Assembly (NCBI RefSeq): GCF_009914755.1
Contig: NC_060933.1
Origin: the human T2T-CHM13v2.0 reference genome, Homo sapiens
Strand: one strand, 5' to 3'
DNA length: 64,000 nucleotides
Positions 1 to 13,600 of the stretch are shown here, piece by piece (the first letter of the stretch is position 1; every line of letters begins with the position of its first letter). The translations under genes and the position numbers were made by a program. The notes below the pieces were generated by a model. That model was not told the origin of the DNA. It searched no databases and saw only the letters and a list, made by a program, of their open reading frames with translations.

Positions 1-320
1 GTTCCATTACATTCCCCTGCACTGGCGTTGATTCCATTCCATTCCATTCCATTCCATTCAATTCCATTCCACTACAATTCGTTCCATTCCATTCTATTCC
101 GTACCATTCCATTCCATTCCATGCCATTCCATTCCATTCCATTCCATTCCATTCCGTTCCATTCCGTTCCATTCCATTCCATTCCATTCTATTTGGGTTA
201 ATTCCATTCCATTCCATTCCATTCCATTCCATTCCATTCCATTCCATTCTATTCCATTCCATTGCAATCGAGTTGAATCCATTGCATTTCATTCCATTCC
301 ATTCCATTCCATTCCATTCC

Positions 321-335
321 ATTCCGGAAGATTCC
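321..335. promoter_or_regulatory. Perfect 3-unit heat-shock element nTTCn-nGAAn-nTTCn (first of ~46 copies)
   Basis: Sequence ATTCC GGAAG ATTCC is three alternating nGAAn pentamers, the canonical HSF trimer site. The motif match is direct; occupancy is inferred. Confidence 0.55.
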
Positions 336-3300
336 ATTCCATTGCATTCCATTCCATTCCATTCCCTTTCACTCGCGTTGATTCCATTCCATTCCATTCC
401 ATTCCATTCCATTCCTTTCCGTTCCATTCCATTCCATTCCATTCCATTCCATTCCAATGCATTCCATTCCATTCCGTTCCGTTCCATTCCATTCCATTCC
501 ATTCTATTCGGGTTAATTCCATTCCATTCCGTTCGATTGCAATCGAGTTGATTCCATTCCATTCCATTCAATTCCATTCCATTCCATTCCATTCCTTTCC
601 ATTCCATTACGGATGATTCCATTCCATTGCATTCCATTCCATTCCATTCCCCTGTACTCGGGTTGATTCCATTCCATTCCATTCCATTCCATGCCATTCC
701 ACTCGCGTTGATTCCATTCTTTCCATTCCATTCAAGTTGAATCCATTCCATTGCATTCCATTCCATTCCATTCCCCTGCAGTCGGGTTGTTTCCATTCCA
801 TTCCATTCCATTCCATTCCATTCCATTCCGTTCCGTTCCATTCCATTCCATTCCATTCTATTCGGGTTAATTCCATTCCATTCCATTCCATTCCATTCCA
901 TTCCATTGCATTCCAATCGGGTTGATTCCATTCCATTCCATTCCATTCCATTCCACTCCATTCCAGTCCTTTCCATTCCATTCCACTCGGGTTGATTCCA
1001 ATGTATTCCTTTCCATTCCATTCCATTCCATTGCAATCGAGTTGATTCCATTGCTTTGCATTCCATTCCATTCCATTCCATTCCGGATGATTCCATTCCA
1101 TTGCATTCCATTCCATTCCATTCCCCTGCACTCGGGTTGATTCCATTCTATCCCACTCCACTCCGTTCCATTCCATTCCATTGCATTGTATTCGGGTTAA
1201 TTCCATTCCATAACATTCCATTCCATTACATTCCATTCCATTCCATTCCATTCCATTACAATCGAGTTGATTCCATTCCATTCCATTCCATTCCAGTCAT
1301 TTCCATTCCATTCCACTCGGGTTGATTCCATTCTATTAGTTTCCATTCCATTCCATTCCCTTCCATTCCACTCTGGTTTATTCCATTCCTTTCCATTCCA
1401 CTCGAATACATTCCCTCCTATTCCACTCGGAACGATTCCATTCCATTCCATTCCATTCCATTCCATTCCATTCCATTCCATTCCTTTCCGTTCCATTCCA
1501 TTCCATTCCATTCCATTCCAATCCATTCCATTCCGTTCCGTTCCGTTCCATTCCATTCCATTCCATTCTATTCGGGTTAATTCCATTCCATTCCATTCGA
1601 TTGCAATCGAGTTGATTCCATTCCATTCCATTCCATTCCATTCCATTCCATTCCATTCCTTTCCATTCCATTACGGATGATTCCATTCCATTGCATTCCA
1701 TTCCATTCCATTCCCCTGTACTCTTGTTGATTCCATTCCATTCCATTCCAATCCATGCCATTCCACTCGTGTTGATTCCATTCTTTCCATTCCATTCAAG
1801 TTGAATCCATTCCATTGCATTCCCTTCCATTCCATTCCCCTGCAGTCGGGTTGATTCCATTCCATTCCATTCCATTCCGTTCCAATCCATTCCATTCCGT
1901 TCTGTTCCATTCCATTGCATTCCATTCTATTCGGGTTAATTCCATTCCATTCCATTCCATTCCAATCGAGTTGATTCCATTCGATTCCATTCCATTCCAT
2001 TCCACTCCATTCCAGTCCTTTCCATTCCATTCCACTCGGGTTGATTCCAATGTATTCCTTTCCATTCCATTCCATTCCACTGCAATCGAGTTGATTCCAT
2101 TGTTTTGCATTCCATTCCATTCCATTCCATTCCGGGTGATTCCATTCCATTGCATTCCATTCCATTCCATTCCCCTGCACTCGGGTTGATTCCATTCCAT
2201 TCCACTGCATTCCATTCCATTCCATTCCATTCCATTACAATCGAGTTGATTCCATTCCATTCCATTCCATTCCAGTCCTTTCCATTCCATTCCACTCGGT
2301 TTGATTCCATTCCATTAGTTTCCATTCCATTTCGTTTCCTTCCATTCCACTCTGGTTGATTCCATTCCTTTCCATTCCACTCGAATACATTCCCTCCTAT
2401 TCCACTTGGAACTATTCCATTCCATTCCATTCCATTCCCCTGCAGTCGGGTTGTTTCCATTCCATTCCATTCCATTCCATTCCATTCCATTCCTCTCCAT
2501 TCCATTGCACTCGGGTTGATTCCATTCCATTGCATTCCATTCCATTCCATTCAATTCCATTCCGTTCCATTCCATTCCATTACATTCGGATTGATTCTAT
2601 TCACCTCCCTTACTCTCCATTACATTCCATTCCATTCGGGTTGTTCCATTCCAATCCATTCCATTCCACTCCATTCCATTGCACTCGGGTTGATTCCATT
2701 CCATTCCATTCCATTCCATTCCATTCCATTCCATTGCATTCCGGAAGATTCCATTCCATTGCATTCCATTCCATTCCATTCCCCTGCACTCGGGTTGATT
2801 CCATTCCATTCCATTCCATTCCATTCCATTCCGTTCCGTTCCATTCCATTCCATTCCATTCCATTCCGTTCCGCTCCATTCCATTCCATTCCATTCTATT
2901 CGAGTTAATTCCATTCCATTCCATTCGATTGCAATCGAGTTGATTCCATTCCATTCCATTCCATTCCATTCCATTCCATTCTATTCCATTCCATTCCCTT
3001 CCTTTCCATTCCATTCCATTCCATTCCATTCCATTCCATTCTATTCCGTTCCGTTCCACTCCATTCCATTCCATTCTATTTGGTTAATTCCATTCCATTC
3101 CATTCGATTGCAATCGAGTTGATTCCATTCCATTCCATTCCATTCCATTCCATTCCATTCCTTTCCATTCCATTACGGATGATTCCATTCCATTGCATTC
3201 CATTCCATTCCTTTCCCCTGTACTCGGGTTGATTCCATTCCATTCCATTCCAATCCATGCCATTCCACTCGTGTTGATTCCATTCTTTCCATTCCATTCA

Positions 3301-4019
3301 AGTTGAATCCATTCCATTGCATTCCATTCCATTCGATTCCATTCGATTGCACTCGGGTTGATTCCATTCCTTTACATTCCATTCCATTCAACTCCATTCC
3401 ATTCCATTCCATTCCGTTCCATTCCATTTCATTACATTCAGATTTATTCTATTCAATTCCCTTACACTCCATTATATTCCAATCCATTCTGGTTGTTTAC
3501 ATTCCATTCCATTCCATTTCACTCCTTTCCATTGCACTCGGGTTGATTCCATTCCATTCCATTCCATTGCATTCCATTCCATTCCATTCCGGATGATTCC
3601 ATTCCATTGCATTCCATTCCATTCCATTCCCCTGCACTCGGGTTGATTCCATTCCATTCCATTCCATTACATTCCGTTCCATTCCATTCCATTCCATTCG
3701 GGTTGATTCTATTCAATTCCCTTACACTCCATTACATTCCATTCCATTCGGGTAGTTTCCATTCCATTCCATTCCATTCCTCTCCATTCCATTGCACTCG
3801 GGTTGATTCCATTCCATTGCATTCCATTCCATTCCATTCAATTCCATTCCGTTCCATTCCATTCCATTACATTTGGATTGATTCTATTCAACTCCCTTAC
3901 TCTCCATTACATTCCATTCCATTCGGGTTGTTTCATTCCATTCCATTCCATTCCACTCCATTCCATTGCACTCGGGTTGATTCCATTCCATTCCATTCCA
4001 TTCCATTCCATTCCATTCC

Positions 4020-4034
4020 ATTCCAGAAGATTCC
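4020..4034. promoter_or_regulatory. HSE variant aTTCc-aGAAg-aTTCc (also at 10728 and 16837)
   Basis: ATTCCAGAAGATTCC keeps all three TTC/GAA cores; it is a CG>CA derivative of the common ATTCCGGAAGATTCC. Confidence 0.5.
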
Positions 4035-5060
4035 ATTCCATTGCATTCCATTCCATTCCATTCCCCTGCACTCGCGTTGATTCCATTCCATTCCATTCTA
4101 TTCCATTCCATTCCCTTCCTTTCCGTTCCATTCCATTCCATTCCATTCCATTCCATTCCGTTCCGTTCCATTACATTCCATTCCATTCTATTCGGGTTAA
4201 TTCCATTCCATTCCATTCGATTGCAATCGAGTTGATTCCATTCCATTCCATTCCATTCCATTCCATTCTATTCCTTTCCAGTCCATTACGGATGATTCCA
4301 TTCCATTGCATTCCATTCCATTCCATTCCCCTGCACTGGCGTTGATTCCATTCCATTCCATTCCATTCCATTCCATTCCTTTCCGTTCCATTCCATTCCA
4401 TTCCATTCCATTCCAATCCATTCCATTCCGTTCCGTTCCGTTCCATTCCATTCCATTCCATTCTATTCGGGTTAATTCCATTCCATTCCGTTCGATTGCA
4501 ATCGAGTTGATTCCATTCCATTCAATTCCATTCCATTCCATTCCTTTCCATTCCATTACGGATGATTCCATTCCATTGCATTCCATTCCATTCCATTCCC
4601 CTGTACTCGGGTTGATTCCATTCCATTCCATTCCAATCCATGCCGTTCCACTCGTGTTGATTCCATTCTTTCCATTCCATTCAAGATGAATCCATTCCAT
4701 TGCATTCCATTCCATTAAATTCCCCTGCAGTCGGGTTGTTTCCATTCCATTCCATTCCATTCTATTCCATTCCATTCCATTCCGTTCCGTTCCATTCCAT
4801 TCCATTCCATTCTATTAGGTTTAATTCCATTCCATTCCATTACTTTCCATTACATTCCATTCCATTCCAATCGAGTTGATTCCATTCCATTCCATTCCAT
4901 TCCATTCCATTCCACCCCATTCCAGTCCTTTCCATTCCATTCCACTCGGGTTGATTCCAATGTATTCCTTTCCATTCCATTCCATTCGATTGCAATCGAG
5001 TTGATTCCATTCCATTCCATTCCATTCCATTCCATTCCATTCCATTCCATTCCATTCCAT

Positions 5061-5215
5061 TCCATTCCCCTGTACTCGGGTTGATTCCATTCCATTCCAT
5101 TCCAATCCATGCCATTCCACTCGTGTTGATTCCATTCTTTCCATTCCATTCAAGTTGAATCCATTCCATTGCATTCCATTCCATTCGATTCCATTCGATT
5201 GCACTCGGGTTGATT
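5061..5215 (-). repeat. pHuR98-like satellite III cassette (representative copy; recurs throughout)
   Basis: + strand reads cccctgtactcgggttg...ccaatccatgccattccactcgtgttgattccattctttccattccattcaagttgaatcc...cgattccattcgattgcactcgggttgatt. Positions 5196-5215 are the reverse complement of AATCAACCCGAGTGCAATCG, which I recall as a pHuR98/SatIII primer sequence (from memory, not searched). Other copies start near 3215, 9925, 11770, 17880, 26780, 30035, 36560, 37985, 47515, 49685, 54495, 58330 and 62275. Confidence 0.65.
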
Positions 5216-8200
5216 CCATTCCATTGCATTCCATTCCATTCCATTCCATTCCATTCCATTCCGTTCCATTCCATTCCATTACATTCGGATTGATTCTATT
5301 CAATTCCCTTACACTCCATTCCATTCCATTCCATTCGGGTAGTTTCCATTCCATTCCATTCCATTCCTCTCCTTTCCATTGCACTCGGGTTGATTCCATT
5401 CCATTGCATTCCATTCCATTCCATTCAATTCCATTCCGTTCTATTCCATTCCATTACATTCGGATTGATTCTATTCAACTCCCTTACTTTCCATTACATT
5501 CCATTCCATTCGGGTTGTTCCATTCCATTCCATTCCATTCCACTCCATTCCATTGCACTCGGGTTGATTCCATTCCATTCCATTCCATTCCATTCCATTC
5601 CATTTCATTCCATTCCGGAAGATTCCATTGCATTGCATTCCATTCCATTCCATTCCCCTGCACTCGTGTTTATTCCATTCCATTCCATTCTATTCCATTC
5701 CATTCCCTTCCTTTCCATTCCATTCCATGCCATTCCATTCCATTCTATTCCGTTCCGTTCCACTCCATTCCATTCCATTCTATTTGGTTAATTCCATTCC
5801 ATTCCATTCGATTGCAATCGAGTTGATTCCATTCCATTCCATTCCATTCCATTCCATTCCATTCCTTTCCATTCCATTACGGATGATTCCATTCCATTGC
5901 ATTCCATTCCATTCCTTTCCCCTGTACTCGGGTTGATTCCATTCCATTCCATTCCAATCCATGCCATTCCACTCGTGTTGATTCCATTCTTTCCATTCCA
6001 TTCAAGTTGAATCCATTCCATTGCATTCCATTCCATTCGATTCCATTCGATTGCACTCAGGTTAATTCCATTCCTTTGCATTCCATTCCATTCCATTCCA
6101 TTCCATTCCATTCCGTTCCATTCCATTTCATTACATTCAGATTTATTCTATTCAATTCCCTTACACTCCATTATATTCCAATCCATTCTGGTTGTTTCCA
6201 TTCCATTCCATTCCATTTCACTCCTTTCCATTGCACTCGGGTTGATTCCATTCCATTCCATTCCATTGCATTCCATTCCATTCCATTCCGGATGATTCCA
6301 TTCCATTGCATTCCATTCCATTCCATTCCCCTGCACTCGGGTTGATTCCATTCCATTCCATTCCATTACATTCCGTTCCATTCCATTCCATTCCATTCGG
6401 ATTGATTCTATTCAATTCCCTTACACTCCATTACATTCCATTCCATTCGGGTAGTTTCCATTCCATTCCATTCCATTCCTCTCCATTCCATTGCACTCGG
6501 GTTGATTCCATTCCATTGCATTCCATTCCATTCCATTAAATTCCATTCCGTTCCATTCCATTCCATTACATTTGGATTGATTCTATTCAACTCCCTTACT
6601 CTCCATTACACTCCATTCCATTCGGGTTGTTTCATTCCATTCCATTCCATTCCACTCCATTCCATTGCACTCGGGATGATTCCATTCCATTCCATTCCAT
6701 TCCATTCCGGAAGATTCCATTCCATTGCATTCCATTCCATTCCATTCCCCTGCACTCGCGTTGATTCCATTCCATTCCATTCTATTCCATTCCATTTCCT
6801 TCCTTTCCGTTCCATTCCATTCCATTCCATTCCATTCCATTCCGTTCCGTTCCATTACATTCCATTCCATTCTATTCGGGTTAATTCCATTCCATTCCAT
6901 TCGATTGCAATCGAGTTGATTCCATTCCATTCCATTCCATTCCATTCCATTCTATTCCTTTCCATTCCATTACGGATGATTCCATTCCATTGCATTCCAT
7001 TCCATTCCATTCCCCTGCACTGGCGTTGATTCCATTGCATTCCATTCCATTCCATTCCATTCCTTTCCGTTCCATTCCATTCCATTCCATTCCATTCCAA
7101 TCCATTCCATTCCGTTCCGTTCCGTTCCATTCCATTCCATTCCATTCTATTCGGGTTAATTCCATTCCATTCCGTTCGATTGCAATCGAGTTGATTCCAT
7201 TCCATTCCATTCCATTCCATTCCATTCCTTTCCATTCCATTACGGATGATTCCATTCCATTGCATTCCATTCCATTCCATTCCCCTGTACTCGGGTTGAT
7301 TCCATTCCATTCCATTCCATTCCATTCCATTCCATTCCTTTCCGTTCCATTCCATTCCATTCCATTCCATTCCATTCCAATGCATTCCATTCCGTTCCGT
7401 TCCGTTCCATTCCATTCCATTCTATTCGGGTTAATTCCATTCCATTTCATTCCATTCCATTCCATTCCATTCCATTCCATTCCAATCGGGTTGATTCCAT
7501 TCCATTCCATTCCATTCCATTCCATTCCTTTCCGTTCCATTCCATTCCATTCCATTCCATTCCTTTCCATTCCATTACGGATGATTCCATTCCATTGCAT
7601 TCCATTCCATTCCATTCCCCTGTACTCGGGTTGATTCCATTCCATTCCATTCCAATCCATGCCATTCCACTCGTGTTGATTCCATTCTTTCCATTCCATT
7701 CAAGTTGAATCCATTCCATTGCATTCCATTCCATTAAATTCCCCTGCAGTCGGGTTGTTTCCATTCCATTCCATTCCATTCCATTCCATTCCGGATGATT
7801 CCATTCCATTGCATTCCATTCCATTCCATTCCCTTGCACTCGGGTTGATTCCATTCCATTCCACTCCATTCCGTTCCATTCCATTCCATTGCATTGTATT
7901 CGGGTTAATTCCATTCCATTCCATTCCATTCCATTCCATTCCATTCCATTCCATTCCTTTCCATTACAATCGAGTTGATTCCATTCCATTCCATTCCATT
8001 CCAGTCCTTTCCATTCCATTCCACTCGGGTTGATTCCATTCTATTAGTTTCCATTCCATTCCATTCCCTTCCATTCCACTCTGGTTGATTCCATTCCTTT
8101 CCATTCCACTCGAATACATTCCCTCCTATTCCACTCGGAACGATTCCATTCCATTCCATTCCATTCCATTCCATTCCATTCCATTCCATTCCTTTCCGTT

Positions 8201-10699
8201 CCATTCCATTCCATTCCATTCCATTCCAATCCATTCCATTCCGTTCCGTTCCGTTCCATTCCATTCCATTCCATTCTATTCGGGTTAATTCCATTCCATT
8301 CCATTCGATTGCAATCGAGTTGATTCCATTCCATTCCATTCCATTCCATTCCATTCCATTCCATTCCTTTCCATTCCATTACGGATGATTCCATTCCATT
8401 GCATTCCATTCCATTCCATTCCCCTGTACTCTTGTTGATTCCATTCCATTCCATTCCAATCCATGCCATTCCACTCGTGTTGATTCCATTCTTTCCATTC
8501 CATTCAAGTTGAATCCATTCCATTGCATTCCCTTCCATTCCATTCCCCTGCAGTCGGGTTGATTCCATTCCATTCCATTCCATTCCGTTCCAATCCATTC
8601 CATTCCGTTCTGTTCCATTCCATTGCATTCCATTCTATTCGGGTTAATTCCATTCCATTCCATTCCATTCCAATCGAGTTGATTCCATTCGATTCCATTC
8701 CATTCCATTCCACTCCATTCCAGTCCTTTCCATTCCATTCCACTCGGGTTGATTCCAATGTATTCCTTTCCATTCCATTCCATTCCACTGCAATCGAGTT
8801 GATTCCATTGTTTTGCATTCCATTCCATTCCATTCCATTCCGGGTGATTCCATTCCATTGCATTCCATTCCATTCCATTCCCCTGCACTCGGGTTGATTC
8901 CATTCCATTCCACTGCATTCCATTCCATTCCATTCCATTCCATTACAATCGAGTTGATTCCATTCCATTCCATTCCATTCCAGTCCTTTCCATTCCATTC
9001 CACTCGGTTTGATTCCATTCCATTAGTTTCCATTCCATTTCGTTTCCTTCCATTCCACTCTGGTTGATTCCATTCCTTTCCATTCCACTCGAATACATTC
9101 CCTCCTATTCCACTTGGAACTATTCCATTCCATTCCATTCCATTCCCCTGCAGTCGGGTTGTTTCCATTCCATTCCATTCCATTCCATTCCATTCCATTC
9201 CTCTCCATTCCATTGCACTCGGGTTGATTCCATTCCATTGCATTCCATTCCATTCCATTCAATTCCATTCCGTTCCATTCCATTCCATTACATTCGGATT
9301 GATTCTATTCACCTCCCTTACTCTCCATTACATTCCATTCCATTCGGGTTGTTCCATTCCAATCCATTCCATTCCACTCCATTCCATTGCACTCGGGTTG
9401 ATTCCATTCCATTCCATTCCATTCCATTCCATTCCATTCCATTGCATTCCGGAAGATTCCATTCCATTGCATTCCATTCCATTCCATTCCCCTGCACTCG
9501 GGTTGATTCCATTCCATTCCATTCCATTCCATTCCATTCCGTTCCGTTCCATTCCATTCCATTCCATTCCATTCCGTTCCGCTCCATTCCATTCCATTCC
9601 ATTCTATTCGAGTTAATTCCATTCCATTCCATTCGATTGCAATCGAGTTGATTCCATTCCATTCCATTCCATTCCATTCCATTCCATTCTATTCCATTCC
9701 ATTCCCTTCCTTTCCATTCCATTCCATTCCATTCCATTCCATTCCATTCTATTCCGTTCCGTTCCACTCCATTCCATTCCATTCTATTTGGTTAATTCCA
9801 TTCCATTCCATTCGATTGCAATCGAGTTGATTCCATTCCATTCCATTCCATTCCATTCCATTCCATTCCTTTCCATTCCATTACGGATGATTCCATTCCA
9901 TTGCATTCCATTCCATTCCTTTCCCCTGTACTCGGGTTGATTCCATTCCATTCCATTCCAATCCATGCCATTCCACTCGTGTTGATTCCATTCTTTCCAT
10001 TCCATTCAAGTTGAATCCATTCCATTGCATTCCATTCCATTCGATTCCATTCGATTGCACTCGGGTTGATTCCATTCCTTTACATTCCATTCCATTCAAC
10101 TCCATTCCATTCCATTCCATTCCGTTCCATTCCATTTCATTACATTCAGATTTATTCTATTCAATTCCCTTACACTCCATTATATTCCAATCCATTCTGG
10201 TTGTTTACATTCCATTCCATTCCATTTCACTCCTTTCCATTGCACTCGGGTTGATTCCATTCCATTCCATTCCATTGCATTCCATTCCATTCCATTCCGG
10301 ATGATTCCATTCCATTGCATTCCATTCCATTCCATTCCCCTGCACTCGGGTTGATTCCATTCCATTCCATTCCATTACATTCCGTTCCATTCCATTCCAT
10401 TCCATTCGGGTTGATTCTATTCAATTCCCTTACACTCCATTACATTCCATTCCATTCGGGTAGTTTCCATTCCATTCCATTCCATTCCTCTCCATTCCAT
10501 TGCACTCGGGTTGATTCCATTCCATTGCATTCCATTCCATTCCATTCAATTCCATTCCGTTCCATTCCATTCCATTACATTTGGATTGATTCTATTCAAC
10601 TCCCTTACTCTCCATTACATTCCATTCCATTCGGGTTGTTTCATTCCATTCCATTCCATTCCACTCCATTCCATTGCACTCGGGTTGATTCCATTCCAT

Positions 10700-13600
10700 T
10701 CCATTCCATTCCATTCCATTCCATTCCATTCCAGAAGATTCCATTCCATTGCATTCCATTCCATTCCATTCCCCTGCACTCGCGTTGATTCCATTCCATT
10801 CCATTCTATTCCATTCCATTCCCTTCCTTTCCGTTCCATTCCATTCCATTCCATTCCATTCCATTCCGTTCCGTTCCATTACATTCCATTCCATTCTATT
10901 CGGGTTAATTCCATTCCATTCCATTCGATTGCAATCGAGTTGATTCCATTCCATTCCATTCCATTCCATTCCATTCTATTCCTTTCCAGTCCATTACGGA
11001 TGATTCCATTCCATTGCATTCCATTCCATTCCATTCCCCTGCACTGGCGTTGATTCCATTCCATTCCATTCCATTCCATTCCATTCCTTTCCGTTCCATT
11101 CCATTCCATTCCATTCCATTCCAATCCATTCCATTCCGTTCCGTTCCGTTCCATTCCATTCCATTCCATTCTATTCGGGTTAATTCCATTCCATTCCGTT
11201 CGATTGCAATCGAGTTGATTCCATTCCATTCAATTCCATTCCATTCCATTCCTTTCCATTCCATTACGGATGATTCCATTCCATTGCATTCCATTCCATT
11301 CCATTCCCCTGTACTCGGGTTGATTCCATTCCATTCCATTCCAATCCATGCCGTTCCACTCGTGTTGATTCCATTCTTTCCATTCCATTCAAGATGAATC
11401 CATTCCATTGCATTCCATTCCATTAAATTCCCCTGCAGTCGGGTTGTTTCCATTCCATTCCATTCCATTCTATTCCATTCCATTCCATTCCCTTCCGTTC
11501 CATTCCATTCCATTCCATTCTATTAGGTTTAATTCCATTCCATTCCATTACTTTCCATTACATTCCATTCCATTCCAATCGAGTTGATTCCATTCCATTC
11601 CATTCCATTCCATTCCATTCCACCCCATTCCAGTCCTTTCCATTCCATTCCACTCGGGTTGATTCCAATGTATTCCTTTCCATTCCATTCCATTCGATTG
11701 CAATCGAGTTGATTCCATTCCATTCCATTCCATTCCATTCCATTCCATTCCATTCCATTCCATTCCATTCCCCTGTACTCGGGTTGATTCCATTCCATTC
11801 CATTCCAATCCATGCCATTCCACTCGTGTTGATTCCATTCTTTCCATTCCATTCAAGTTGAATCCATTCCATTGCATTCCATTCCATTCGATTCCATTCG
11901 ATTGCACTCGGGTTGATTCCATTCCATTGCATTCCATTCCATTCCATTCCATTCCATTCCATTCCGTTCCATTCCATTCCATTACATTCGGATTGATTCT
12001 ATTCAATTCCCTTACACTCCATTCCATTCCATTCCATTCGGGTAGTTTCCATTCCATTCCATTCCATTCCTCTCCTTTCCATTGCACTCGGGTTGATTCC
12101 ATTCCATTGCATTCCATTCCATTCCATTCAATTCCATTCCGTTCTATTCCATTCCATTACATTCGGATTGATTCTATTCAACTCCCTTACTTTCCATTAC
12201 ATTCCATTCCATTCGGGTTGTTCCATTCCATTCCATTCCATTCCACTCCATTCCATTGCACTCGGGTTGATTCCATTCCATTCCATTCCATTCCATTCCA
12301 TTCCATTTCATTCCATTCCGGAAGATTCCATTGCATTGCATTCCATTCCATTCCATTCCCCTGCACTCGTGTTTATTCCATTCCATTCCATTCTATTCCA
12401 TTCCATTCCCTTCCTTTCCATTCCATTCCATGCCATTCCATTCCATTCTATTCCGTTCCGTTCCACTCCATTCCATTCCATTCTATTTGGTTAATTCCAT
12501 TCCATTCCATTCGATTGCAATCGAGTTGATTCCATTCCATTCCATTCCATTCCATTCCATTCCATTCCTTTCCATTCCATTACGGATGATTCCATTCCAT
12601 TGCATTCCATTCCATTCCTTTCCCCTGTACTCGGGTTGATTCCATTCCATTCCATTCCAATCCATGCCATTCCACTCGTGTTGATTCCATTCTTTCCATT
12701 CCATTCAAGTTGAATCCATTCCATTGCATTCCATTCCATTCGATTCCATTCGATTGCACTCAGGTTAATTCCATTCCTTTGCATTCCATTCCATTCCATT
12801 CCATTCCATTCCATTCCGTTCCATTCCATTTCATTACATTCAGATTTATTCTATTCAATTCCCTTACACTCCATTATATTCCAATCCATTCTGGTTGTTT
12901 CCATTCCATTCCATTCCATTTCACTCCTTTCCATTGCACTCGGGTTGATTCCATTCCATTCCATTCCATTGCATTCCATTCCATTCCATTCCGGATGATT
13001 CCATTCCATTGCATTCCATTCCATTCCATTCCCCTGCACTCGGGTTGATTCCATTCCATTCCATTCCATTATATTCCGTTCCATTCCATTCCATTCCATT
13101 CGGATTGATTCTATTCAATTCCCTTACACTCCATTACATTCCATTCCATTCGGGTAGTTTCCATTCCATTCCATTCCATTCCTCTCCATTCCATTGCACT
13201 CGGGTTGATTCCATTCCATTGCATTCCATTCCATTCCATTAAATTCCATTCCGTTCCATTCCATTCCATTACATTTGGATTGATTCTATTCAACTCCCTT
13301 ACTCTCCATTACACTCCATTCCATTCGGGTTGTTTCATTCCATTCCATTCCATTCCACTCCATTCCATTGCACTCGGGATGATTCCATTCCATTCCATTC
13401 CATTCCATTCCGGAAGATTCCATTCCATTGCATTCCATTCCATTCCATTCCCCTGCACTCGCGTTGATTCCATTCCATTCCATTCTATTCCATTCCATTT
13501 CCTTCCTTTCCGTTCCATTCCATTCCATTCCATTCCATTCCATTCCGTTCCGTTCCATTACATTCCATTCCATTCTATTCGGGTTAATTCCATTCCATTC

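Larger units (their letters stand above)
2450..7300. repeat. Older ~2.7-kb internal repeat inside the 6.7-kb unit
   Basis: Similar or identical ORFs recur at offsets ~2684-2704 (3076/5780, 3472/6171, 3884/6583, 4306/6990). Shared markers are tatttggtta, cagatttatt and catttggattg. Confidence 0.75.

Noticed and set aside
321-335. STAT (GAS) site reading of TTCCGGAA
   Set aside because: The spacing is TTC-N2-GAA. Canonical GAS sites need N3 (N4 for STAT6), so an HSE reading fits better.
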